A stretch of DNA of 64,000 nt from Octopus sinensis (Eukaryota). Positions 1 to 11,533 of this stretch are shown here, one piece after another. Position numbers and translations under genes: made by a program. The notes beneath the pieces were generated by a model, which saw only the letters and a list, made by a program, of their open reading frames with translations, had not been told where the DNA came from and searched no databases. The first letter of the stretch is position 1. Every line of letters begins with the position of its first letter. The stretch covers positions 80,352,001-80,416,000 of the forward strand of contig NC_043004.1 of NCBI RefSeq assembly GCF_006345805.1. Direction: 5' to 3'.

Positions 1-700
1 AAAATTTGCGCAAAATAAAAACAATTAAAACCTTTTCAGTTGACGCAAGCATAGCTGTGTTTTGAGTTCAGTCCCATCTCGGGCAAATGACTTCTGCTAT
101 AGCCCCGAGCCTTGTGAACGAATTTGGGAAACGGAAACTGTATGTGTATATGAAGAGAGAGGTGCCTTTGTGTTTCTTTTGCCCTCCTCATCCAAACTGA
201 CAACCGGTGCTGATTTGTTTACGTTCGCATAACTTAGCAGTTCGGAAAAAGAGATCAATAAAATAAGCACCAGGATTTAGCCAAACCAAATTTTAAATAC
301 TGGGGTTCGTTTATTTGACTTGACCAGTCAAGATGGTGCCCTAGCATGGCCGCAGTCCAATGAGTGAAACCAGTAAAAGACAAAAAGATAAACATCCAAA
401 TAATATTCATTCTATTTATCAGTCTTGTGGGTGTCAAATGAAATATCGATTGTTTGCTTGTTTGATTGATCGGTCGATCGATCTGTTCGTCGATCGATTG
501 CACTTTAGTAAGTTATTTTAAGAAACAATAATTAAACTTCTGTCGAAAAACCAATACAGATCGCTTCACACAAAATATGGCAAAGCCAGTGAGCCGGGAA
601 GGTTCCATTGCTGTCGAAATGGTAAAAACAGTGTTGCTTTAGACTAACGGTAAAGTTTTTGGTGCATATGTTCTGTACATCAGAGTACCAGGTTCAAAAA

Positions 701-1123
701 GGCGGCGAGCTGGGCAGAAATATTAGCACTCCGGGCGAAATACTTAGCGGTATTTCGGCGAGCTGGCAGAAACGTTAGCACGCCGGGTGAAATGCGTAAC
801 CGTATTTCGTCTGCCGTCACGTTCTTAGTTCAAATTCCGCCGAGGTCGACTTTGCCTTTCATCCTTTCGGGGTTGATTAAATAAGTACCAGTTACGCACT
901 GGGGTCAATATAATTGACTTAATCCGTTTGTCTGTCCTTGTTTGTCCTCTCTGTGTTTAGCCCCTTGTGGGTAGTAAAGAGATAGGTATTTCGTCTACCG
1001 CTACGTTCTGAGTTCAAATTCCGCCGAGGTCGACTTTGCGGAATTTGAACTCAGAACGTAGCGGCAGACGAAATATGGCTAAGAATTTCGCCCGGCGTGC
1101 TAACGATTCTGCCAGCTCGCCGC
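701..1123. mobile_element. SINE family A cluster: partial head, full copy, partial restart, inverted partial copy
   Basis: Family A is GGCGGCGAGCTGGCAGAAACGTTAGCAC...GTTCAAATTCC (B-box-like)...GTCGACTTTGCCTTTCATCCTTTCGGGGTCGAT(A/T)AA(A/T)TAAGTACC...GTAGTAAAGAAATA. It is tRNA-derived, and its central block resembles the Meta/MESC SINE domain from memory. Confidence 0.9.
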
Positions 1124-2102
1124 TTTTGTTTTTAAATCACACCTTGTCATAGTGACTCTCAAGGTAGAACACTCGGCACATTGGGGGATGGAGATGTGGC
1201 GTGAGTTATTTCAGAATGTGGGGTGTAAGTAAGAAAAAAAAGAGAGAGAGCTTGCAATAATGTTTTTGTAAAAACTTTAAAAAATGTATCTTGTCTTGTG
1301 TCTTTTACTTGTTTAGTCATTGGCCTGCGGCCATGCTAGAGCACTGCTCTAAAGAATTTAGCTGAACAAATCAACCCCAGTACTTATTGTTTTAAGCCTG
1401 TCACTTATTCTCTCGGATTCTTTTATCGAATCGCTAAGTTACGGGGACCTAAACAAAGTCCTGGGGCCGATTTCTTCGGCGAAAACCCTTCAAGGCGGTG
1501 CTTCAGCATGGCCGCAGTCCAAATGACTGAGACAAGTCAAAGATAAATTTATAATATCAAAACTGTTGCACCTTCCAACGAACTTCTGCATCGCTCTTCA
1601 TAAAATATATTTATAAAAAAGAAAGGAAGCTTTCGGTTGAAAGAAGAGGGCCGAAGTGGTAGGCAGCATGAACGAGAGAGGAGGAGGTGATGTGCATTGC
1701 TGAATAAAATGATAATGATCTGAGACAAAGAGAGAGAAAGAAACAAGGAACTCTATGACGCTATACAGACATTACTAATCTTTGCTGGTAGTACAAGACT
1801 TTTACTATTAGGTAATACGGGAAGAATTATTTTCTGGCTGTTATTTTTATTATCGTTGTGTGTATTCACGATTGTATTCGCTCTCATTTTTCTCTTTTTA
1901 TTCAGGCTTTTTTTCCCATTGTCGAACCTTTTTATTGGTGAACAGTTTTTAATTTTCTTCCCTACAGGCGGTTAGAGCAACCATTGTTTACTAAGACTTG
2001 TTTAGTTCGAGTTATTTTTGCAGCTAATGCAGAGATCACGCTTTGGCAGTTTTCATTTTTACATGACAGACTTGTTTCTTGCTATCATTATTATTATTTT
2101 TA

Positions 2103-2166
<64 letters not shown>

Positions 2167-2665
2167 ATTTTTATTATTATTATTACTTTAAACTGTAAAT
2201 GCAGTCGTTGTTGCCGTTTAGTTATTAAACTCGAGTAAGGTGACTGCGTTTCTACTCAATTTTCGTTAACACTACTATGGGCCACTCCACATTTATGTCC
2301 GGAGATGGGATTTGATGCTCGGTGGCACCGGCCTTGTGTGTGAACCTATCTGCTGTTACCGTTTTTACCTTTTATTATTGAACTGGACAGTGACCATGCT
2401 GGGGCACCACATTAAAGGGTTTAGTCGAGCAAATCAACTCCATTACTAATTTTTACGCCTGGTACCTGTTCCGTCGGTCTGCTTCGCTGAAACGCGAGGT
2501 TACGGGGATGTGATCAAACCAACACCTTCTGTCATAAAGTGGGGTACAAACATAAAGACACACACACACACACACACACACAAGCATGTACATATATGCA
2601 CAATAGACATATATATGTACATAAGTGTATATACATCTGAGTATCTATCTCTCTTTATATATATG

Positions 2666-2700
2666 TACGAGGGAGTACCCAAAAGTAACCGGAAGCGTTC
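2666..2700 (+). mobile_element. Isolated mariner-like TIR
   Basis: TA-CGAGGGAGTACCCAAAAGTAACCGG; no partner end seen in the window. Confidence 0.35.
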
Positions 2701-3410
2701 TCTGTAGGACAAGACCGTTGTAGTTCAGGCTTCGGCCACTAGAAGTCACTTTATGCTATCCTCAGGCGTTTTCCATTGAGGTCATACTTTCACGTGGTGT
2801 ATCTTTGTTTTGCAGTGCTTCTTCTCTGCTCGTCAAACCGTATAACGGCTATGAACACAAACACGATCCATGCACCGCCGAAGTCTTTTCTATTTTGCAA
2901 TCCACCAATTATTTGAACGAACGAAATCATCTAATTTTTAATTGCAGACATAGATTATGCAACACATTCTCAAAGTACAAATAACAGCGCCCCCTACCCC
3001 ATGTCGCTCCCTAACAAGTCCTCTGTCCCCATTTGCAGCTCTTTCATGTATTCATGACGAACAACTTTTTAACTACCTTTATAATTTTTATAGTTTTATA
3101 TTTTTTGTTTTTTAATTTATTTTTTTTAATACTTTATACTTTCATAGCATTATTATCTCCCTACACCTTTCCTTCTGTACATAAGAATATTCAAGCATCC
3201 GCGCGCTCATACACACCTACGTCATACTGAAGGCACATAAAAATACGTTCGTGCGCGCTAATATGCGGTTGTATAGTTTTTAAATTAAGCGATAAGCTAC
3301 CAACTTACTACAACTGCTATGTCCCCCTATTGACCAAAAACATTATCTTCCACCTCCCTCTCCTTCAAACTTAATACTACTCCTGTATCTTCTTTTTCTT
3401 CAGCTCTGTT

Positions 3411-3830
3411 TACAGTAATCCCTCGCCATATCGCGGTTCACCTATCGCGGTTTATTATTTAAGCTTACGTCGATTCCTCCGTGGTGTTGTTTTGCATTTA
3501 TAATAAAATAAATATATACAAATTATACAGAACAGTACTGCTTCTTCTTTGCAGATTTTCGCCTATCGCCGGGATTTTGGAACGTAACACCCACGATTGT
3601 CAAGGGTTACTCTATATTGTATTTATGCGTAGCAATCCCTCGCCATATCGTGGTTTATTATTTAAGTTTACGGCGATTCCTCCGCTGTGTTGTTTTGCAT
3701 TTATAATAAAATAAATATATACAAATTATAAAAATAATTTTTTAAAAAACATATGGTACAGTACTGTTTCTACTTCGTGGACTTTCACCTATCGCGGGGG
3801 TGTTTTGGAACGTAACACCCGCGATAGTAA
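3411..3830. mobile_element. Tandem pair of Tigger/pogo-like MITEs
   Basis: TA-CAGTAATCCCTCG left end; two similar units of about 200 bp (3411-3615 and 3630-3830). Confidence 0.65.
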
Positions 3831-4566
3831 ATGTATTTACCGGGTGCCACAATGTATTTACTTATTTATTCTACAGTAGACCCAGTAAATGACCCCAGCC
3901 TAAATTCACAATGACACTCTCCTAGCCAGCTTCAATAATACCAAATTTTTCCCTTTTCACTTCCCTCTCTGTTTTTCTTTATTCGTACTTTTATTCTTTT
4001 CCTTAACAAATTTAGACATTTCTCCACTCCCATAAATTATTTTTTCACAAACATGTTTTCCCTTTTCTTCTCACATTCTGTGTCTTCCACGCATTTTCGA
4101 TCAAATCTCCTGTGAATTAACATGGGCATCCCTTGACGACAATATAAACTTCTTTTGATTATGGTATCTTTGGCCCGACGAGTAGCTAACGGATTAGTCC
4201 TCATTTGGGTAATTACTACTTCCGAGGTATATAACATATGTAGCCTGGATTATATCTGCTCCACTCCCTAAATTTGGATTTTTATTCGCCGACACAGCAA
4301 CCCCAGCTGCTAACCGTGAACTATAAAATAACCTTTTTCAGCTTATTGAATGAATTTACCACCTTCTTTCTCAATAAGCCACTATTGTTCCTGAAAGTTG
4401 TATTCCTATACCTTCTACGGACTGCTAGAAGCTTACTAACCTCCTACACTTTGATCCTTGGATAATACAAATATACATACATACATACATACATGCATAC
4501 ATACATACATACATACATACATACATACATACATACATACATACATACATACATACATACATACAT

Positions 4567-4793
4567 GCGAGCTGGCAGAAACGTTAGCACGCCGCGCGAA
4601 ATGCGTAGCCGTATTTCGTCTGTCGTTACGTTCTGAGTTCAAATTCCGCCGAGGTCGACTTTGCCTTTCATCCTTTCGGGGTCGATAAATTAAGTACCAG
4701 TTACGTACTGGGGTCGATGTAATCGGCTTAATCCGTTTGTCTGTCCTAGTTTGTCCCCTCTGTGTTTATCCCCTTATGGGTAGTAAAGAAATA
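4567..4793 (+). mobile_element. SINE family A, full length
   Basis: Matches the family A consensus; lies between (TACA)n and (TA)n. Confidence 0.9.
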
Positions 4794-4846
<53 letters not shown>

Positions 4847-4847
<1 letters not shown>

Positions 4848-4970
4848 GTAACTAAGGTGGATAAGGGTGCTAGTCAAATCAGACATTGCTAGAAATAAGA
4901 GTTGAGTTGTTTTGACTATGATTTCTAGCAATGCCTGAGCTGATTAGCACCCTTAGCCACCTTAGTGACG
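4847..4970. mobile_element. Small fold-back MITE
   Basis: Imperfect arms of about 50 bp: ACTAAGGTGGATAAGGGTGCTAG...CATTGCTAGAAAT versus ATTTCTAGCAATG...TAGCACCCTTAGCCACCTTAGT. Confidence 0.75.
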
Positions 4971-4974
4971 TTTT

Positions 4975-5130
4975 GTGTAGTAAGTAGCTTGCTTACCAAC
5001 CACATGGTTCCGGGTTCAATCCCACTGCGTTGCATCTTGGGCAAGTGTCTTCTACTATAGCCTCGGGCCGACCAAAGCCTTGTGAGTGGATTTGGTAGAC
5101 AGAAACTGAAATAAGCACGTCGTATATATG

Positions 5131-5161
<31 letters not shown>

Positions 5162-5162
5162 T

Positions 5163-5233
<71 letters not shown>

Positions 5234-5265
5234 TGTGTGTGTGTGTGTTGTGTGTGTGTGTGTGT

Positions 5266-5302
<37 letters not shown>

Positions 5303-5352
5303 CGACTAAAGGCAGTGCTCCAGCATAGCCGTAGTGAAATAACTGAAACAAA
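4975..5352 (+). mobile_element. SINE family B (tRNA head + CORE-like CTTGGGCAAGTGTCTT, internal microsatellite, CR1-like tail)
   Basis: Head GTAAGTAGCTTGCTTACCAACCACATGGTTCCGGGTTCAATCCC, then (TA)n(TG)n, then tail GGCAGTGCTCCAGCATAGCC. Further degenerate copies or pieces at 43-385, 1300-1545, 2385-2530, 18615-18780, 49465-49565, 50372-50690, 51870-52010 and 52790-52975. Confidence 0.88.
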
Positions 5353-5394
5353 ATATTAAAAGAAAACATACAAACCTAAATACCTAATAAACAA

Positions 5395-6260
5395 AGGGGT
5401 CAGCGGAGCCCTTGGAGTTTCAAGATGCAACTCTAAATGTAGATTATGTCATATTCCTGTGGAAGACATCAGACATGTGATTAGCAACTTCCCAAAAATG
5501 TCACCAAGGTAACACCTCCCTATGCGACAGGACGTTGTCGCAAAAACAATATATAATGATATTCGGGAAAATGTCTGTCCTGGAATAAATATAGAGAATT
5601 CCCTTGATATGGAATACGTACACAAATACCTATTTTTTTACTACCCATAAGGGGCTAAACACAAAGAGGGCAAACAAGGACAGACAAACGGATTAAGTCG
5701 ATTATATCGACCCCAGTGCGTAACTGGTACTCATTTAATCGACCCCGAAAGGCAAAGTCGACCGCGGCGGAATTTGAACTCAGAACGTAGCGGCAGACGA
5801 AATACCGCTAAGCATTTCGCCCGGCGCGCTACCGATTCAGCCAGCTCGCCGCAAATACGAGCACAAGGAATATTGGTGGAACACTCCCTTCAAAACATCA
5901 GTCAAGTATAAGAATTATAGGCCAGATATTGTTGTTTGGGACGAACAAGAAAAAGTACGTACCGCCATAGAGGTCAGCTGTTCTGCTGATGCGAATATCT
6001 CTTGAAAATCAAAGAGAGAGAAGATAACTATGGACAACTGCTTCGAAACCTCCAGCTTCTATATCCGGATCAGAAATTTACATTTATACCAATAAAATTG
6101 GAGCACTTATTTTTCTAAGTAAATGCATAACTGTCATTCTGGATAAACTTGGATTTTCAGAAAGAGAAATCAGTCAACTGATTCGCACGTTACAAATACA
6201 ATTTGTAAGCGGAACAATAAAAATATGCAAGACTTTTGTCAGGTTTATAATATGACATTG
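5395..6260 (+). mobile_element. RLE-type non-LTR retrotransposon 3' end (zinc knuckle + restriction-like endonuclease), split by a SINE
   Basis: KCRLCHIPVEDIRHVIS and RQDVVAKTIY; after the SINE, YEHKEYWWN, RPDIVVWDEQEK, IEVSC and NYGQLLRNL. Confidence 0.85.
5630..5851 (-). mobile_element. SINE family A copy nested in the RLE element, 7-bp TSD
   Basis: Reverse complement of the family A consensus; CAAATAC at 5623-5629 and 5852-5858. Confidence 0.9.
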
Positions 6261-6387
6261 TTTTCGTTATCTACATCCCACACGATGGAGCTTTGTATCT
6301 TTGGTTAGAAACCAGCTCCTTCTTCAGAAGAAGAATATAAATGGTTAAATATTAAAGAGAACATACATGCACATGCACACACACACA

Positions 6388-6499
<112 letters not shown>

Positions 6500-7013
6500 C
6501 TCAAATACACACACACATACACATGCATGTTCAAGAGGAATGGCACAAGGTGTCTGTGGTGAAATGCTTTGAGGAGTGTCACATTGACCATCACCAGCGG
6601 TCCACTAGGGCCGCAGCCGAAAGGCCTGGCGACACACCGTTCAACAATCTATTTATTCTCTCCTTCTGGAATTAATTGAAGTCAGACACTAACAACAAAA
6701 GAAATTGGGAAAAAGAACCAGGAATTTAGCAGCAGCGAATCCAAAACATAATTTTCCTTGGAGCCCCAGTATTGGCATGTAATAGCCGGTTCGGCCACCG
6801 GCCTCCAATGAATGGCGATACTGCTGTCTTTTGTGAAGCCAAACCACGATGATGATGATGATGATGGCGGCGGTGGTGGTGGTGGTGGTGGGGAGGATAA
6901 GGAGGGCGATGACATCTACGTGTGCGCATGAGTGCTCACACAGCTTCAAAGACGCCCACGTATACAGAGGCGTACAATATAGATTGTGCATATGTATGTA
7001 TGTGTATGCATAC

Positions 7014-7053
<40 letters not shown>

Positions 7054-7290
7054 ATAATCATACAACACTACATACAACACGCACGCATATATATATATAT
7101 TATATATATATATATATTATATATATATATATAATACTACATACGTATATATGTATAGGTATATTTATATGTATGTATATATAATATATATACATATATA
7201 TACATGCATATATATATATATATGTATTTATATATATGCATATATATGTATTGTGTATGTATGCATATATATGTATTATAATATATATAT

Positions 7291-7327
<37 letters not shown>

Positions 7328-8261
7328 TTTGCGTGTATACATGTACGTATACGAATGTTTATGTGCGTAGAAATTTGTGCTTCGCTCAAAAAAAAACATT
7401 AATGCTAGCTTTTAACTGTTAACATTATCAAATGTTCTGTGGGGTGGTTTTGGGGAGCGGGAAGGTGGTTCTTTCTTTCTCTGTGTGTGTGTGCGTGTGT
7501 GAGAGAGAAAGAGAGCACAATTTCTATCATAATAAGATCTTTTTTTCACTTGCAGACAACGAAAAACTTTGAATGTTTGATTTTGGAAACATGAGTGAAG
7601 ACACCAGAACAGAAGAATGTTTTCTCCGCGGTATAACCACAGCTGTCAAGAATGAAGCGAGATATTACGGTATCTTTTTTAGACAAAAAAAAATTTGTTG
7701 AAAACGCTTCTTTGTGGTTTTGGTTAGCATATTTTAATCAGCACTTTAAACAACTGACATTTCAATTTTCTAAAGCAGTTATTGTACCGCTTTTAAAGAA
7801 ATTTTTTTTTATTCTAATTTTTCATCTTTATTTTTATTATTTATATATTTATTTTGACGATAAAGGTACCTTCTGCTGAAAGAAAGATTTTTTTCTTTTT
7901 TAAGCCAAAAGAATGATCTCGAGAGAAAATGTTGTTTTCAATGTAAGACGCTGTTGATGTAAAGAAAAAAAAGATGTTCAGAGAGAACTATTCTATAACT
8001 TGCTATTTCGTGTTAAAATTAGTTATTGCTGTTAAATTCTTTTATTTAACTACTACGCTAAAGAAAATTAAGTTGTTAACTTTGGCGCGATACAGCTGAG
8101 GAAGTGACTATCTGGTCCCTTGACTTGCTGAAACTAATTGTAGAAATCCCGCTTAAAGGATCTTTTCGGTTTGAACGGCAGTTTTTTCTAGCGGTGTCAT
8201 ATGAAATTGTCACCCATAATTATGACCCTAGTATCGATCTATTGCATTTCAATCTCTTTTT

Positions 8262-8338
8262 GGGTTAGGGTTAGTTAGGGTTAGTTAGGATTAGTTAGGG
8301 TTAGTTAGGATTAGTTAGGGTTAGGGTTAGGGGTAGGG
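8262..8338 (+). repeat. Telomere-like TTAGGG/TTAGTTAGGR tract inside a MITE
   Basis: Directly visible. Confidence 0.85.
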
Positions 8339-8349
8339 GAAAGGGTATG

Positions 8350-9054
8350 ATTGATTGATTGATTGATTGATTCTAGTTTCAGCTTATGAGCTGTGGCCAT
8401 GCTGGGGCACCGCCATTTGGTGTTGCTACTTGGTTTCACTTCATGGAGGCTTTCTAGCAACTGCTATTTGGTGCATGAGAGAGTTCGATGCAGCTGCCCT
8501 CATCTGCCCCTCCTGCCGTGAAGTTGGTTCATCTGGGACACCTGACAGGAAGAGATCCAGCTTCATTTTAAAGACATCTGTATCCACCCCATGCAGGTCT
8601 CTCAGGTTCTTCGGGAGGATATTGAAGAGCTGTGGGCCTCGGAAGCCCAGGCTATCACAGATCTTGTCCTACATCTTGATGGAGGTTTGGAGTCCTAGGC
8701 ACCACGCAGTGGCGCCCAGTTCTGGCATTTGCGTAACTCTCGATGCCAAAGTTCAGGACACTTCCCTCCAGGATCTTCCAGATGTATATTATGGCATATC
8801 TTTCCCGCCTACGCTCCAGAGAATATAATTTTAATCTCTTGAGTCTTTCCCAGTAGCTTACATCTGCATAGAGGCTATCTTTTTTGTGTAGCTTCGTTGG
8901 ATCGCCTCAAGTTCTGTGATCAATTTGACACTGGATGGTGACCATAGCTGAGAGCAATAGTCAAAGTGGCTTAGGACAAGTGTCTTCCAGAGGACCATCA
9001 TGATTTTTTGTTCTCTTGTTCTAAAGGTTCTAAGAATCCATCCAGCCAGCCGTC
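8350..9054 (-). mobile_element. CR1-type LINE 3' end (5'-truncated), nested in a MITE
   Basis: Minus strand reads GWILRTFRTRE, DYCSQLWSP, YWERLKRLKLYSLERRRERYAIIYIWKILEG and GPQLFNILPKNLRDL, followed by a short 3'UTR and a (TCAA)n tail at about 8350-8370. Confidence 0.9.
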
Positions 9055-9734
9055 TACATTTTTTTTCTTCACAAATGTAAATAAACCCAATCTGTTTCTT
9101 AAACGAGGGACATATTCATACGGCACAGAATGTTTTTTACCTCAATAGTGTCAGTGATTGGTTGAAATTGCAGAAATTGAAGAAAAAAAACAACAAATAT
9201 CTTACAAACTATAGAATTTTCTCAAAAATGCCAAGCGAAAAAGGATGTTTTATAAAAACATTCTACCAGTATACGAAGTTTAAATTTTTTTAGTTACCTA
9301 GAAATTACGTTAAAAACTGCCGTTCAAACCGAAAAGATCCCGCTTAAATCACATAGTAACGTCTCTTAAAAAAATGAGTTGATCGCATTGAGAAGTGTAG
9401 TTTTATATATACTACATTCAAGAAAAACAGACGATATGTTAACGGCTGGAGATCTTTTCGTCATAGATCTACGCAGTCAGAAATACTCTGAGACATAAGT
9501 AACAACAACAACAGAAGCAGCAGGAAACACGTTCGATACCAATTCGCCAGAGATCGCGCTTCTATGATGCAGCAGTGATCTTAATTAAAACTATCAATCA
9601 AAATTTTCTGCTAATTTAAGTTCTAAACACTTGATTAATAATGAGGAAGTTGTTTTACTAATTCTTCATTATTTTCAAAATTAATTGAAACTAAAGCAGC
9701 CAATTTCAACAGAAATATGCTAATAAAAGGGATG

Positions 9735-9960
9735 GATTTTTTCCTTTTGAACGGCAGTTTTCAACACAATTTCTAGTTAACTGAACACTTTTAAACTTCG
9801 TATACTGGTAGAATGTGTCAAAATAAAACATTTTTTTCTCTTGGCTTTCTTCAGAAAATTGTAATTTGTAAGTTTAACGTAGTTTAATGTTTCGAATTTT
9901 AACCAATCCTATCGCCTCTATTGAGCTAAAATCATTTGCTGCGTCTAAAACAGACAACAT
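9735..9960 (-). mobile_element. Partial inverted second copy of the 8158-9340 MITE arm
   Basis: TTTGAACGGCAGTTTT...TTTTAAACTTCGTATACTGGTAGAATG is the reverse complement of about 9130-9335. Confidence 0.7.
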
Positions 9961-10286
9961 CCTGTCACTAACCCTGTGGAAACCCATTGTGTATGCATGT
10001 TCCTCTAATATAATATGTACTTGCTAACTCGAAACCCTACTACGGAACCCTAACTCCAGCCTCAGATGTGAACTTAGAACCTGACGGACGACCAATTATA
10101 ACACTTACTCAGTGTACCTATTCGTTTAGATCACCAGTGGACTAAATTCCGCATATTATTTATATATATATATATATTATATATATATATATATATATCA
10201 GGTAAACTTACTTGGAATGGATGCGTGGCGTTCAATCAAATAATAATATAAATAATATATATCTATATATATATATATATATATAT

Positions 10287-10373
<87 letters not shown>

Positions 10374-10380
10374 GATGCAT

Positions 10381-10745
10381 ATACAGGTCAAAGAAAATAT
10401 TTCTCCAGCGTTCACTATTTTCCCCACGTTCTGGCCTAACGACTATCCATGTTTGTTTTCGTTCGGTTTCCTTATATGCCTCCACTGCCCTGTTTTTGCT
10501 CCCAACTTCGACCCTCCATAAATCCCAAATTTTATTTTGGTACTTATGGGAGCAACTGTCTTCGAAGACACACGCTCGAAACGAGGAGTAGATAGACAGC
10601 CTACAACTGATGAAGGGTCGGTCTTTATGCTACTTGTCCTTGTTTTCCATATGTTTCTCTCGTTGTTTGCGTATTGAACTCATTTTTGTTTTCGTATTTC
10701 ATGCTCTTTACTGTTGGAGACGTCCTGTACCCATATATGAATATG
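10381..10745 (+). mobile_element. Penelope-like non-autonomous repeat, copy 1
   Basis: Homologous to the reverse complement of about 55050-55395; contains CGAAAC...CTGATGA and a pyrimidine-rich 3' part ending in (TA)n. Confidence 0.55.
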
Positions 10746-10962
10746 TATGTTTAAATCCTCGTAAATTGGCGAAGAAATCTACACAATAAATACCAGACTT
10801 AACAGTAAAACCTGTAAGTACTGGGTTCGATTTCCTCGACTAAACTCGAAGTCGAATGGCTGAAACAAGTAAATAATCAAAGGTAAGAGAAAGAAACAAG
10901 AGATCTCTGGTTGGCTGTATTGTGTTACAACCGTGGCCATGACCAATATTCACCGGTAGATT

Positions 10963-11335
10963 AAGGCGGCCAGTTGGCAGAATCGTTAGCACACCGGGCG
11001 AAATGCGTAGCTGTATTTCGCCTGCCGTTACGTTCTAAGTTCAAATTCCGCCGAGCTCGACTTTGCCTTTCATCCTTTCGGGGTCGATAAATTAAGTACC
11101 AGTTACGCACTGGGGTCGGTGTAATCGACTTAATCCCTTTGTCTGTCCTTGTTTGTCCACTTGTGGGTGGTAAAGATATAGCTATTTCGTATGTCTTTAC
11201 GTTCTGAGTTCAAATTCCGCCGAGCTCGATCCTTTCGAGGTCGATAAATTAAGTACCAGTTGCGTACTTGGGTCGATCTAATCGACTGGCACCCTCTCAA
11301 AAATTTCGGGCCTTGTGCCTAGAGTAGAAAAGATT
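10963..11335 (+). mobile_element. SINE family A tandem pair; second unit carries the alternative tail
   Basis: Full unit, then a restart at the internal TATTTCGT; ends AAAAATTTCGGGCCTTGTGCCTAGAGTAGAAAAG. Confidence 0.88.
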
Positions 11336-11533
11336 ATTCAAAATTGATGAGCAACGGATTAGCTTTTGGTATAGAGCTTAATTTCCTGAACTATACTGGT
11401 ATTAAATCCGGCGGTGGGGGACAAGAATCTTTGTCTCATCAACCTAAATGCAGTGCAATTGTGCGCACCACCTTTTATTTAATAGATTAATACTATCCCC
11501 TGTTCCTCAGGTGCGTTCAGTAGAATCCACATC

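Larger units (their letters stand above)
8158..9340. mobile_element. Non-autonomous DNA transposon (MITE) with 29-bp TIRs and 8-bp TSD; hosts the CR1 fragment
   Basis: GGATCTTTTCGGTTTGAACGGCAGTTTTT at 8158-8186 and its exact reverse complement at 9312-9340. CGCTTAAA is duplicated at 8150-8157 and 9341-9348. An 8-bp TSD fits hAT, P or Merlin. Confidence 0.85.

Noticed and set aside
497-510. miR-92-like seed ATTGCACTT (also reverse near 25725), prompted by vertebrate GPC3/GPC5-miR-17~92 linkage
   Set aside because: Only the seed matches; the rest of the mature miRNA and a hairpin are absent.
1968-2090. Strong acceptor TTTTCTTCCCTACAG at about 1953-1967 as a coding exon
   Set aside because: No recognisable peptide or donor; could be non-coding but is unsupported.
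7556-7700. Acceptor TTTTTTCACTTGCAG as a coding exon
   Set aside because: All three frames stop within about 15 codons.
8262-8338. Chromosome end
   Set aside because: Short, degenerate and internal to a TIR-bounded element.
8367-8828. 153-aa plus-strand ORF
   Set aside because: Antisense shadow of the CR1 fragment.
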